Assembly (NCBI GenBank): GCA_903813345.2
Contig: CAIIXF020000001.1
Span: forward strand, 38,068,001-38,132,000
Reading direction: 5' to 3'
Source of the DNA: Owenia fusiformis
Lineage: Eukaryota
Length of the DNA: 64,000 nucleotides
The position numbers were made by a program, and so were the translations under genes. This document shows, piece after piece, positions 25,601 to 37,700 of this stretch. How positions within the stretch are numbered: position 1 is the first letter of the stretch; every line of letters starts with the position of its first letter. The notes under the pieces are model-generated. The model was not told the origin of the DNA and made no database searches. It saw only the letters and a program-made list of their open reading frames with translations.

Positions 25601-26844
25601 AATGGAGGAAGAATGGGAACTTTTCCAGAAATCTGTCAAAGAAGAAACAAAGGTTGGTAAGATCTTGATGTAGCGGAGTATTGATAAAAAAAACTTGTCC
25701 CCTATCATGTCACCACCACAAGTGGTGACATATTGTTAGTCTCCAACTTTTTTGTGGATGTTGTTCAGCAGACGGCATCTGGTGTTCAGCGTCTGTAACA
25801 AATCGCAGGTGGTGACATTTATATAACATGACAAAATGTTACCACCTAGTTGCTCACAATATTATTAGTTCAATCTTAAGTCAGATTTGAATTTCTTAGC
25901 ACTCTGTAGATGATTTTGAAAAAAAATTGGTCAATTTGAAGTGGAAAAAAGAATTTTTGACCCTGAGAAGGTCATTGAAGGTGAAATCTCAAATCTAAAG
26001 TCAGATTTGAACTTCTGTAGATGATTTTGAAAAAAAATTACCGCAACAAAAAAACGGAGACCATAACAATATGTCACCACTTCTTGGTGGTGACATAAAA
26101 ATGGTCAGATTCATATGCACAGGGTAACTTCCTCGGGAAATAACTTTAATGTGATTAAAGAAAGAAGCTAGCAATAATTTGTGGAGTTTATCCTTCTTCT
26201 CTAGATGCTCCATCTTAATGTATGAGACACACTTAGAATGCTTTCAATTATATAGATTATGTTCAGACATATTGTGAGAACGCTTGGACGCTACTCCATC
26301 TTAATGTATGAGATAGGCGTAAAATGCTCTCTGTGTTGTTTGTTTAATGAACAATGATTGTGTGCTGGTTTACTAAATTAAATATATTGCAGGTTTCAGA
26401 GGCAATTATAGACGAAGATGACGAGCAAGCCAATGCTGTACGTAATTTGATGGAAGCTGATGAACAACTGTGAGTATACAATTAAGAAGGGCAAATACCA
26501 AATTTTATTTTTATGCAACATGTTAAGTCTCCTCTTCATTAACATGGTGCCCGGTGTAACTTAATCATTTCAAACTGACAAAACATTTCAGATATGACCA
26601 TTGACCATAATATAACTTTGTTGCTAGTTTTTGTGCCAGATGCTCAAAATGTCAGTTTTGTAAAAAATATCTTAATGCTTCTTCCAGGCATCAATGGTCA
26701 AAAATCAACAGCTTAGCTAAAGAAAAGGATAAAATTATGGAGACTGGAGTGGCCAAACAAGGCAAAACTGAGTCCAATTCAGACAGTGATATTGATATAG
26801 ATGAATATGAAGAATTTCTGGACTGGAGAATAAAAGGGACATAG
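22535..26844 (+). CDS. ZNF830: Zinc finger protein 830 (CCDC16/OMCG1)-like, 310 aa; join(22535..22638,23398..23497,23984..24119,24403..24549,25161..25294,25575..25652,26393..26469,26688..26844)
   Basis: MAGKKKVSKDDLRRLMKE..RIDSPLAKYNALGQLVCIVCNIHLKSEKLWNAHLMGRSH (C2H2 finger), LPADFFD and LPEGFFDNPEKDAKVR motifs, EEWELFQK, terminal DWRIKG all match ZNF830 family hallmarks; exon phases sum to 933 nt in one frame. Confidence 0.93.
22639..23397 (+). other. U12-type (minor spliceosome) AT-AC intron, ZNF830 intron 1
   Basis: 5' ATATCCTTT, branch point TCCTTAAC at 23382-23389, 3' terminal AC at 23396-23397; splicing restores AA|A TAC AAT (K-Y-N). Confidence 0.95.
23398..23497 (+). CDS. ZNF830: ZNF830 exon 2 (C2H2 zinc finger)
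   Basis: YNALGQLVCIVCNIHLKSEKLWNAHLMGRSHKE|gtatgt. Confidence 0.92.
23701..23751. mobile_element. 51-bp P-element-like micro-MITE with 7-bp TSD
   Basis: TIR cagagacatataaaa / ttttatatgtctctg; direct repeat ttagaac at 23694-23700 and 23752-23758. Confidence 0.75.
23984..24119 (+). CDS. ZNF830: ZNF830 exon 3
   Basis: tttcag|KHAALKAKQEA...EKKPKG|gtatgt, phase 0-1. Confidence 0.88.
24403..24549 (+). CDS. ZNF830: ZNF830 exon 4
   Basis: ttctag|ILVNKSTLGLGDYSSSDESDEE...SLPA|gtaagt, phase 1-1. Confidence 0.9.
24603..25081. mobile_element. Possible MITE in ZNF830 intron 4
   Basis: Short imperfect TIR aggccaggaaaa / ttttcatggcct; internal repeated ggtac(c/t)g / cggttcc motifs. Confidence 0.4.
25161..25294 (+). 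CDS. ZNF830: ZNF830 exon 5
   Basis: tacag|DFFD...KLPEGFFDNPEKDAK|gtaaaa. Confidence 0.92.
25575..25652 (+). CDS. ZNF830: ZNF830 exon 6
   Basis: ttcag|VREVVYKDKMEEEWELFQKSVKEETK|gttggt. Confidence 0.9.
25707..25820 (-). mobile_element. Short HINE-like family B copy (no core repeat), reverse orientation
   Basis: atgtcaccaccacaagtggtgacatattgttagtctcc hairpin end and ggtggtgacattt end. Confidence 0.7.
25825..26098 (+). mobile_element. HINE-like family B copy with ~1 core unit
   Basis: aacatgacaaaatgttaccacctagttgctcacaat start and aaaacggagaccataacaatatgtcaccac..ggtggtgacataa end identical in structure to 44965-46834. Confidence 0.85.
26393..26469 (+). CDS. ZNF830: ZNF830 exon 7
   Basis: tgcag|VSEAIIDEDDEQANAVRNLMEADEQ|gtgagt. 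Confidence 0.9.
26688..26844 (+). CDS. ZNF830: ZNF830 exon 8 (terminal)
   Basis: ttccag|HQWSKINSLAKEK...EEFLDWRIKGT-TAG. Confidence 0.9.
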
Positions 26845-27279
26845 AGCATAAAGTCATTGTTTTTGTATATTTTTTTATTATTAATACAAAATCATATCAT
26901 GTACATGATGTATATATATATTGTAAATATAGTCAAAATCAAACAAAAATATCTTATTTTGTATTTTATTGTCAAATATTACACAATTAGAAAGAAAGCA
27001 TATATAAATTTGAGCAATTACATTCATATGAGCATTTCCAAAGCAAATCAACAAATAAAAGAATCCATTTGAACTAACATCTTAACATATGTGCTACAGT
27101 TCTAGCAACAACAAGCATCCATTAACATTGTCAAAGTGAGAAGCTGCTCCCCATTGTTAACTTATGACAGCACTCCTAGATGTGTCAAATCTTAACTGTT
27201 ACAAGAATGCTTCCTACGGACAGTACCGCTCATAGATAACAAGCATGTAGAATGTTAACTTGCAGGAAGGTGCTGCTCT

Positions 27280-27360
27280 CTATTGGTGAGTAATGGTATC
27301 GCCTACAGATAACACACCTGTAGTATCTGAACTATTGCTAAGGTGGATTCCAAAAGGTAT
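27280..27360 (-). CDS. MOCOS: MOCOS exon 14 (terminal)
   Basis: ttccag|IPFGIHLSNSSDTTGVLSVGDTITHQ-TAG. Confidence 0.85.
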   Translation of the reverse strand: MPFGIHLSNSSDTTGVLSVGDTITHQ

Positions 27361-28734
27361 CTGGAAGTGTACAAATATCAGACACAATATTATTAGATGT
27401 TGATCAATACTGTGAAACCCTATTACTAAATTTTATTATCACCCTTTTAAAATTGCTGATTTGATGTGAAAACCAATGAATTTCAGCTAGCAAAAGAAAC
27501 AATTTAGAAGTGTTAAAATATAAGAGTGGAAGTAAAGAATAGGCCAAGAGTAAAATTCTGGATGTAATCTTCAAGAATGTTTCACTTGGAACCTTATTGT
27601 CAAATTGATATCTAAATTATGGACGTTTTAAGATGCAGAAATATCCAAATTCATTAGAATTGAAAATGAGATATCCACATCTTCAAACTTATACCAAATA
27701 AAATAACCTTGAATGGCAAAGTATTATGAAACAAGAACACAAATGTGTACAAAATGTCCCCACCAATGGGTGATCCCATGAAATGGTTATCCTGAAAATG
27801 AGTAGACAAGACTTTACCAACATAATTTGAGGACGGAAAATCCAAAATGGCCACCTTTAAATTTACCCAGAATGCCAAAAATTTAGTCAGTTCTAGATTT
27901 TCAAACTAAGAACCACCCCTGAAAATTTTTAATTGATCCGTCACACAGTTAACTAGAAAACATGTAAACAAGACTTTACAGACAAGATTTTAGGATGGAA
28001 AATCCAAAATGGCTGCCTTGACATTTACCCAGAATGTCAAAAAACTAATCTGTTCCTAGATTTTCATACTAAGAATCATCCCTGAAAATATGACATTGAT
28101 CTACCAAATGGTTCACCTGAAAACGCGTAGACAAGACTTTACAGACAAGATTTTAGGACAGAAAATCCAAAATGGCTGCCATGACATTTACACAGAATGC
28201 CAAAAAACTAATCAGATGTAGATTTTCACACTAAGAATCATGCCTGAAAATTTGAAATTGATTTAGCCTACCAAACGGTTCACCTAAAAACGCGTAGACA
28301 AGACTTTACAGGCAAGATTTTAAGACGGAAAATCCAAAATGGCTGCCTTGAAATTTATCCAGAATGCCAAAAAACTAATCAGATCTAGATTTTCATACTA
28401 AGAATCATCCCTAAAAAGTATTATCGTGGGCTAACTTTTCTCAAGACATTCAAAATGGCTGACATGACTGAGCTAACAGGTCCAAAACCTAATCAGATCT
28501 AGAATGAAGTGAGCTGAACAAGATGTTAAAGTTTTAAAAGCAACTGTGAAGCCGTTTTTCTTAACGTTTGCAGACAAGGATTTTAGCATTTGACTTCAAA
28601 ATGGCCGACAGGAAGTAGGTATCGACGTGAAACTTTTTCATCCACATCTGTATGCACTCATAAGTTATCCCTGAAAATTTGAAGGTGATATCTGTAGCGG
28701 TTTTGGAGAAAACTCCCGGACGTACGGACAGACG

Positions 28735-28766
<32 letters not shown>

Positions 28767-31700
28767 GACGGACGGACGGACAGACAGACGGACGCGCCTA
28801 GGCCGACAATATGGCCCCACACTATGTGGTGGGGACATAATAAGGTATTTTAAGGTGCCATTGGAAGTTAACAGGAAATGGCAAAACAGGAAGTGACAAA
28901 TACCATTTATAGGTCCAGGATGACAATGTTCATGGTTAGAATGACCCTAAACATGATGAAATAACCTTTTTAGCCCTTTGAAAGTGTGACTGAAAAAAAG
29001 CTAAAAGTAGGAGCTAGGGAAGGTCACTGAACAGAATCTTTTGAATTTTTCAGAAAATGTGCCCAATATAATGCTCTAACTGATACAATTAGTTGAACTG
29101 ATACAACTAGTTGAATTGACTGGAGGTCAAACCAGAACTCTGTTATCTTTGTTCAAAAAATGTCTAAAAATGCAAAAACTTTTGTCACTTCCTGTTTCGT
29201 CATTTCCTGTTAACTTCCATGGCAGATGGCACCTTAATGTTGTGAGCAAAAATTTGAAAAAAATACATGTAGTGACAAGGATGATATATAAACAGAGCTG
29301 TCAAGTGTCCCGCGAATGGCGGGATTATCCCGCGAATTTGATCAAAATTTGGCTAATTCGTGTGTCCCGCAATGTCCTGCGAAGTCCCGCAAATGTCGGC
29401 TTTGACCTCCGCGAAATTTTCAAAATTGTAACAATCCCCGAAGCTAAAGGGTACACCCCAGTTGTCCGAAACCCATTACTCCGAAAAATATAGTTCTGAT
29501 TTACCAGAGAAAGGGGGACCGTACCAAGTTAAGCTTACGCCAGTTTCATGCCATATATTTGGCCAAATTAATGGGATGGACGCATTCTGATGTTTATAGA
29601 TCTCTCTCTCTTTCTCACTTAGAATTGCACCCATCACATGGTGCTACTAGAATGGCAGGAACGGGGGATTTATTTTACATTGTGATCTTAAAGCGGTTAT
29701 TAAAACACAATATATATTACGGAACAGTTTATCTTCAATCTCTTTTTATAGCCAAATTAAAATGAAACATTTTGAAACAGATAAAATAAGTTAACGCATA
29801 GAACTTTAAACATAAAAGAGTATACAATATTACGTTGTCAAAATATTTCGTCGCATTTAATTTCTTAGTCTCTGTCTCTTATCAAATCGTAAAAGAACAA
29901 AGCATTCTAAACCTAATCACTTGGAATTTGTTTTTTCGGCCTTCGTTTCCGGCATTTGTTTTTTTTATTTTCTTCTCCTAAACTGTATTTGCTTGACAAT
30001 AATCAGAGAAAGTGCGTATAAGTATTTTTGCGTGGCATATTCTGTCACGCAAACAAACGGGTGTGATTTCAATTTCTTGTCTGTCTGAGGACGTATTGGG
30101 AACGAGGTAGAATTAAAGAATTTTATGAACGAGTCATGCAAGATACTAGAGCTAGTAAAGTAATTTATTGGATAAGTTAATTTCTGAAGGATCTAGATAA
30201 AATATGTTTCAAAACTTTGTGAACACTACATAACTACATTAGGCAGATATAGTATCTTGATATATTTGGCTATCATGTGTTTAAAATACGTTCCTAAAAT
30301 TATGAAAACGTTAGATGAGAAATATTGCTATTGTACGTTCGAAAAGTATTTGGTTGTATTTTCTAGTTCTCGAGTTACCCATGAACTTTCGTAGGCTAAA
30401 CATTAAACAATTAACGTATTGACTTAGCCTAATTTTGCAATGATGTTAACGTGATTCGAATGTTATGTTGTCGTGACTCGCAGAGGTTGTGACAAGATTC
30501 GCTTAAAGAAATTGTATTTTTAAGATAAGATCCCCTTATTTTCGAACAACTGGGTTTCGGACAACTGTCTGGGTTTCGGAAAACTGCTCGGATTCGGAGA
30601 ATTGGGTTTCGGACAACTGGGTTGACCCCTATCGGACCCCTATATGAAAAGGTACATTTTAATATATAACACAATGAGGGGTAAATGTTTCATAGTTGGT
30701 CACGAACGCCATAAGTGCAAAGTATTGTTCAGAATTTTTGAATTTCGTGATGGATACGGTACTCACAAGTGTGGTTTTTCTTAATAATATTTCTATGCGT
30801 ATTGTGTGGAATTGTGTTGACATTTACTTAAGTTAAGTGCATTATATGTGATAAATCAGTATCTGAAATTTTAATTTGAGTACTTTTACATTATGCCCCA
30901 ATCACGCAAATCCCTTGAATGTCCTGCGATATCCCGCAAATTTAGGTGGATGTTTCGCCAATCCTGCAAATTTAGGGCACTTTGTCTAAAGAAATTGCCC
31001 CTCTATGAAGTCTCAGGGTGGTTACCCTGTTAACTGTCCCGCAATTAGCGTGTTTGTCCCTCGAATGGTCCCGCGAATTTGATCGAAATTCGACCTATTA
31101 GCGCAATCACGCAAATTCCTTAAATGTCCCGCGAAATCCCGCGAATTTAGGCGGATGTCCCGCAAAATCCCGCGAATTTTTGGCACTGGGTCTAAAAAAT
31201 CTGTCCCGTGAGAAAATCTTTGGGGGTTGACAGTACTGTATAAATTTACAGTGCACTCTCAATCAATCTCTAGTTTTCATTGCCCCTTTAAATAACCAAC
31301 ATAGCAGCACTACTACAAGATATCATTAATAATCATATTGACATTTAATCAAAACATACCTTTTTGCCACGTGTTACAGCCAGTGTTTTAAGTGGTTCTC
31401 TACTCCTCTCAGCAGAACTCTGATCCACACAAACCATCTGACATCTGCTGCACTGGCCCATGCTCTGCAATATATACAAGTCATATCCTACCTATCTGTC
31501 TCACAGGCTCAAGCAATATGTTATTGTTTTACAGATATACATCATACATACACACAGCCATAGCCATAGCCAGGGGGCTCCAATTTGTTTGAGGATTTGC
31601 TAAAATAAAATAAATATTTATTCAACATTTATTCTTTGGCAAACATTTGAGTGCTGGAAGGAGTGACAATTTTTGAGCATTTTTTTAATTTAAAATTCCT

Positions 31701-34700
31701 TACTCTGTTTTATTATTCATTATATACTTTATATACCCTAGTACCTATTCAAAATTCTAATACTCAGTCAAAATGTGCAATATTGTCTCCTGAGAAATCT
31801 GAAAAGTTAAAGCTTATGTGGTAACATACCTTGAAGGAGTGGGTTCCCAGTGTAACATGTGTCCATGTGTCTTCAACATAACCAGTTGGACTGTCAACAA
31901 TTATGTTTGCCCTGAATCTCTCCACAAGATTATCTAAATCTGCATCAAGAACCAATATTATGTATTAAAGCAACAGTCAAGCCAATGGTGTGTTATGTAT
32001 GAATGTTGCCTGTGTGTTTAGGTGTTGACACCTATTCCCTCTGGCTGATGAAACAACATTTTAGGGGTTGTGGAGTTAGCTGAACAGTCTAGAGCATAAC
32101 CATGTTGTCGCCATAACCATGTTGTCTTGAGTTCAAGACACGTGAGCTCTATGCGTTTATTCATTTCTGACAAAATTGCAAAAGGATTGCTATGACAATT
32201 CAGAGATCTGAATTAGAGAGGTTGTCTCCAAAGATTCATGCCATATTCAGGTGATTCATGTTAGGCTAAACCACCCTTTTTAGTACATAACTTTTGAAAG
32301 TGCATTTTTTTAAAAGGCTGGCACATTGAAATAAAATAATAAAAAAGACCCATTTGTGATACATGTACTTATGAGACTGTGCCTTATTCTTACCTATAAT
32401 GCAGTTGCCCATTCTTGCTACCTCATTCTGTAGCTCCCTACAACTTGATAAGTTGATCAACAGATACTGGGATTCATTGGCAAGAGACATCTTACTCCCA
32501 GAGTCATCAGGCCTCAATTTACATACTCTGGATTCTGATTGGCTTTGGCGTATCAAGCGGCAGCCATCTTGGTTGAGGACACGACTGAGCCATGAAGCAA
32601 CTTCGTCACCACAATCTACTCCACTCACCCTTGAAATATGGTTACATCATAAACTAAATTTATGTACCAATCACATGAGACTGCAGTTAACTGGAAAATT
32701 ACAATTTGGAAAACTCATCAGTAGGTTTTACATTTATGCATTTATTTTGAAGTTTATTGTAATTTCTTAAATGCATTTTGGTAAGTGGTCAGATACTTCA
32801 GTCAAGGTATCTGTGGTTAAATACCTCAGTCAATTTTAGGTACTTTCCTTTAAATAAGTAAAGAATATATGAATATGTTATTTTTGCAGTTAATACTATC
32901 TCTCTATGCGTGATATGCTTTGATGGGTTTTATCATGTTTATGTAGCATCATCTTTGTACCTGTCTCCACAGACTTTGGAGTGGCAAAGTGATGCATCAG
33001 TGGTTGTATTACCATGGTATTGTAGAGTTACATCAATCGATGTCATATCTATAATACACAAGATATTTAGGAGGTGGGATATGGAACACGAACAATCTTT
33101 AAAATTACAGAAAAATATTTAGTTTAGTTTGAAGATAATTATATTGCCCATATCAAATTTTTTAATTTTGTCTCGAGTCCCACAGTTGGTGGATGTGAGA
33201 TAAAAGAATGATACATAATATCACATGACTAAATCACATGGACAAGAAATGTGAACAAATCATCTGATTATCAAACTACTATCATAAGTGGCAATCTGTA
33301 CCTTTATAGTTAAGGCTAAGCAGTCCTCTCTCTAGATCTATGGTTGGCTTTATTAAACTGAGTCTGGCCTCTCTCTTCTGTGAAATACAAGCACCACTAG
33401 CATTTACCACCATCCACTGACGGTCATACACAAGTCCAGTTGAACAAATATTCCAGCTGGCTACCTGTAATTTGAAAGATCATGCAACATGTAAAATTAT
33501 TTGTCCAATATGTAAGATCAGCTTTCTAATTTATAATCAAGATTTGATCCTTTGTTATAAAAATATGAAAAGTAACAATCCTTTCTATTATTGACAAGCG
33601 TATATAGTACTCAGCAGCATAAAACATTCAGAAGGGGGAGGGGGCGGGTCACTTGAGAGAAAGCCACCAAACTGGTTGGGTGATATCTAAATAGACTAAT
33701 GTGTAAGATATTCAGTGACCACCAAAATATGTCTCTCTTTTCACCTACAGTTTAAATACACACCTGAAATGCAGCACAAGACTTGACAGGATAGACAGAT
33801 ATCTGATGAACAGTTCCTATTTCCTTAGGAACTTCAGGTAGAGCTACATTAGGAGTCTGCATATGGCCCTGTTTTATATCTGTTAATGTTACATCATTAT
33901 CATTACAGCTATTAGCTTCCACTGTTACAGTGATATCATTAGTGCTGTCATCACAGCTGTTTGTCTTTACTGCTAATGTCACAGCATTATCACCACAGCT
34001 ATTAGATTGGTCAGCTGCAGCCTTAGTTGATTCTGGACCAAGGTCATCATGTGGACTAGGGGTATGGTTTGAACCAATGGCATAGTCCCAGTCAAGAGCA
34101 TGTTTTGAAGAAAGGTTTTGGTTTAAATTGTGGTCATGGTTTGGACTATTATGACAAGGGCACTGATTTGTATTCAAAGCTGTTAACTGTGCAATATCTC
34201 CATGTCCATCGACGAAGCACTCAACAATGAATTTGATCAGTGTCTGTGCATCTTTCAGTGTTGACATGTAGCCAAATGAGACCCGTATTGATCCTGTAGG
34301 GAGACCATTGACAATATCTCTGTCATCACCACATACATGGCCAGCCTGGAATAACACAAAAAACATACTTATATTATATCCTTCTTATAGATAGGCCATT
34401 AAAATATATATGCAGAGGGTCATGAAGATGAATATATGCCATATTTACCCCCATATTTCATATAGGCATTCATAATTCAGTTCCCATACTCACATTTGAG
34501 TTTCTCAATGTAAAAGGCCCCTTAACATTAGCTTTAAGGTATAATGTATTGTTTATTTCAGCAATTTTAATAATTTACGGAACTTAAACTTTTCTACAAG
34601 TATGTGTGACAAGTGTATGTCACCGATACCATAAGCTGTCACACTTACCTGAAAGTTGTCCTTGATCGTCTGGTCAGAAAGTGCCAAGTGTTTCTGACAA

Positions 34701-37700
34701 GCTCCAGTGTTACAGAAGCAACCAGTTCTCAGGTGAATGTCATACAACTGTGCTAGTTTATCTACCTACAAAAATAGGGTAATTGAATGAGTTTTTAGAA
34801 TAATCCATTTGTGGTCATATACATCGCGATAGCCGCGCCCCCTTTGTCTTTAACCTTCCTCGCAAACGGCAGATAAGAGGGACTCTGGCATACCAGAATG
34901 GATCATATACCTTTATGTGACAATTATCTTCATGCTCTGACACTACAGTCAGTGGCAAAAATCAATGGAAATGATCCCTCAGCAGACTATATTTTTGCAA
35001 ATTGATTAATAAGTTGATTAATGCTTTTTGAAGCAATACACATGTAGAGGCAAAATAATGACACCTTTCTAAACCTTTCTAAGTAATATCAATTCATACA
35101 AAAGTATCATATGTTTTTTACAGCGTCAATTCAAACTTTTTTTCTAAATCAATTCCTCTTTTTTACTTGAGGAGAATTGTCATCTTAAAAACATTTTAAA
35201 AATAGGTTTCCTAGATGTTCTGGTGTCCAGAAACAAGAATATTATTCCTGACCTTAGAATTGAATAATGCTGCATTGACATCAATGAAGACAATTAATTA
35301 ATTAATTTTCAAAAGATCTGTACCTCTGCAAAGCCAATATACTCTCCATTTGGTCTCAGTAAATTGAAGTTGACTATTGGTCCTTGAGTAGTGACATCAC
35401 GGTATTCAGTATCACAATATAGCCTAGCAACAGGACATTGGTTACTATGGCGAAGGTTGCTAAGGACTGTATATGTATACCAGGCAAGGTGAAAAGTGTG
35501 CTTGGGAACATTTGTAGATCCTGAAAATATAAGCCAATTTTTTCATGTCAATCTTAATATGTTTTAAGGCAATTCAATAAGCTCAGTATATCAAGTAAAA
35601 TTGTACTGCATTTAAAGGCAATCATAGTTCAATTCTTTCATTTCTTTTAAGAGAAAAGTTACAAGTGCCAAGAGCTGAAGAGAGGAGAGATGCACCTGTC
35701 TCCATGGCAACAATAGTTGATTCTATGCAGGATTCTCTATGTGGACAGGTGCAGTAAGATGCTACAGGTTCAGGAAATAATCAATCACCTAACATGTCTA
35801 ATATATATCATATATATTTAACATTTCCTGAACCTGTTACATGTATATTAAAGGGGCAACAAGGAATTTAGAGAGAAAATTCGAATTTTTTCAATTTTTT
35901 CCAAGTTATCAGGTCAATATTTGGCTTAACATCTTCTTTGACATACCAATTTTCTTAAAATGTAAGGATAAACTATCAATTTCAGCATTAATAAGTGTAA
36001 ATTCAGTTCAAAGCTTCAATAAAGGGAGTCCCACTTATAGATTTTTAAGATTCACCATGTTTCATGAGGAATATCAGCTGAAATAATGTTCATCCAGGGG
36101 GTTTCTTTGTCGATAATAAAAATATATTTTAGTCTTGATGAAATATCCAAACTTAAATATATTTTGACACTGGCCGATGAACGTTAAATGGCCCCCCTGC
36201 ACTAATTGTTGCACCTTTAAATTAATATTACACATATATTTCAATAAACATGTGCCAGATTCGGGAAATAATAGATCACCTCAAATGTCTAATATATATT
36301 ACATGGTCAACATTTTCAATAATTTACAATTACTGCACTTTTAGAGGTATACTGCATCAATAAGTTGTGAATAACTGGAATAATTCTTAAGAAATTATAT
36401 GTACCTTTAAAAAACAATTGTTAAATAATAATTTGTGATTACATAGGTGTTACATTTTCCACTATGGCTAGAAAATATGAAAGATCTAAGTCAAGGGTAC
36501 AAAGATAATCTTATATTTTTTGTTTGGCCTTCAAGAAGGTGCCAAATTACCTTCCAAAATCTAAATTTAATCATGCTTGTTATAATGTTATTCTACATTC
36601 ACCCTGCACTTGTCCAATGCTATCCATACACATTGCACACATGTGCATTTACCATCAGGTGGATAATTCAAAGAATGATATTTTCTAAAGAGCCAGTTGT
36701 CCATGCACAGGTGAACATTCTATAATGAATCCTGGCACATGATATAATTCTTCAAGGAATTCAGGAGGTTGGGCCAAAGAAATGCTCGGCTGCGTATAAT
36801 ATTTTCCTAATTATTTCAAAGTTACTATGGTAGTCATACTCATATGTCATATGATGTGTTTGAACTATTCTAGTACAAAAATATCATTATTGTTTGTCAA
36901 TTTTCACAGGATATCCTCTGTATAGATTTATACAATACGTGTAAAGCATTGCCTGCTATATATAAGGCTATGTAGACCTTCTAGTGAACGTTTTGAAACA
37001 TGACAAATGAAAGATTAAAAAAAATCATTTTTATTGACGTCAGATATTACAGAGTTATATGACCTCAGATAGAGAAGTTAATAAGAATAAATCCTTTCAT
37101 TCAAAGTAAGATATCAAGAAATTGAACTTTGAAATTCAGATCAGTTGATTTTTTATTAAAATTTTCTTCTCTCAGAATGTTCAACCAAAGTTCAGTGATA
37201 TTGTTATATCAATGAGAATGGATCATATTTGGGGAAGTGATCTTTATTTGGGATTACCAAAGAGATGATCTATAATATATGAAATGATTAAACAAGAAAC
37301 AACAAAAAGTTGGTTTGGAGATAAGGTCAATACAATGATGTATCACAAATTAATTAATTGATTAAGAGGAAGGAAGTATAGTTTGTTTGGACATCAAACT
37401 TTAAATGGATGTGAAGCAAGAAATGTTGTAATACACTTAGGGAATTTGGAATGAGGTGCAATCGAAAATGTAATTTATTACATTTTGGATCAGCATTAAT
37501 TTGAAATTATAACCTTGTCTCTTATTTTTCTTTTCTACTTTATTCATTTTCATTTTGTTTCAGCAACCTCTCCATTTCTAGTCTCTTGTCTCAAATTGCT
37601 GTTCGGAACTTGCTTGTTGCATTATATAAACATAAGAAAGCGTATGTTGCAGATTACTGAATATTTATAGTATATTTTACCAGTTGTTTTAGAGTACATT

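Noticed and set aside
26205..26330. ~88-bp-period imperfect duplication in ZNF830 intron 6
   Set aside because: Real but trivial local duplication with no further structure.
27100..27279. Possible stop readthrough or SECIS after MOCOS TAG
   Set aside because: Stop is TAG at the expected MOSC end; no convincing SECIS or extended homologous frame.
31500..31599. Alternative MOCOS acceptor at 31599
   Set aside because: Leads to non-homologous peptide and early stop; acceptor at 31464 gives the conserved CxRC motif.
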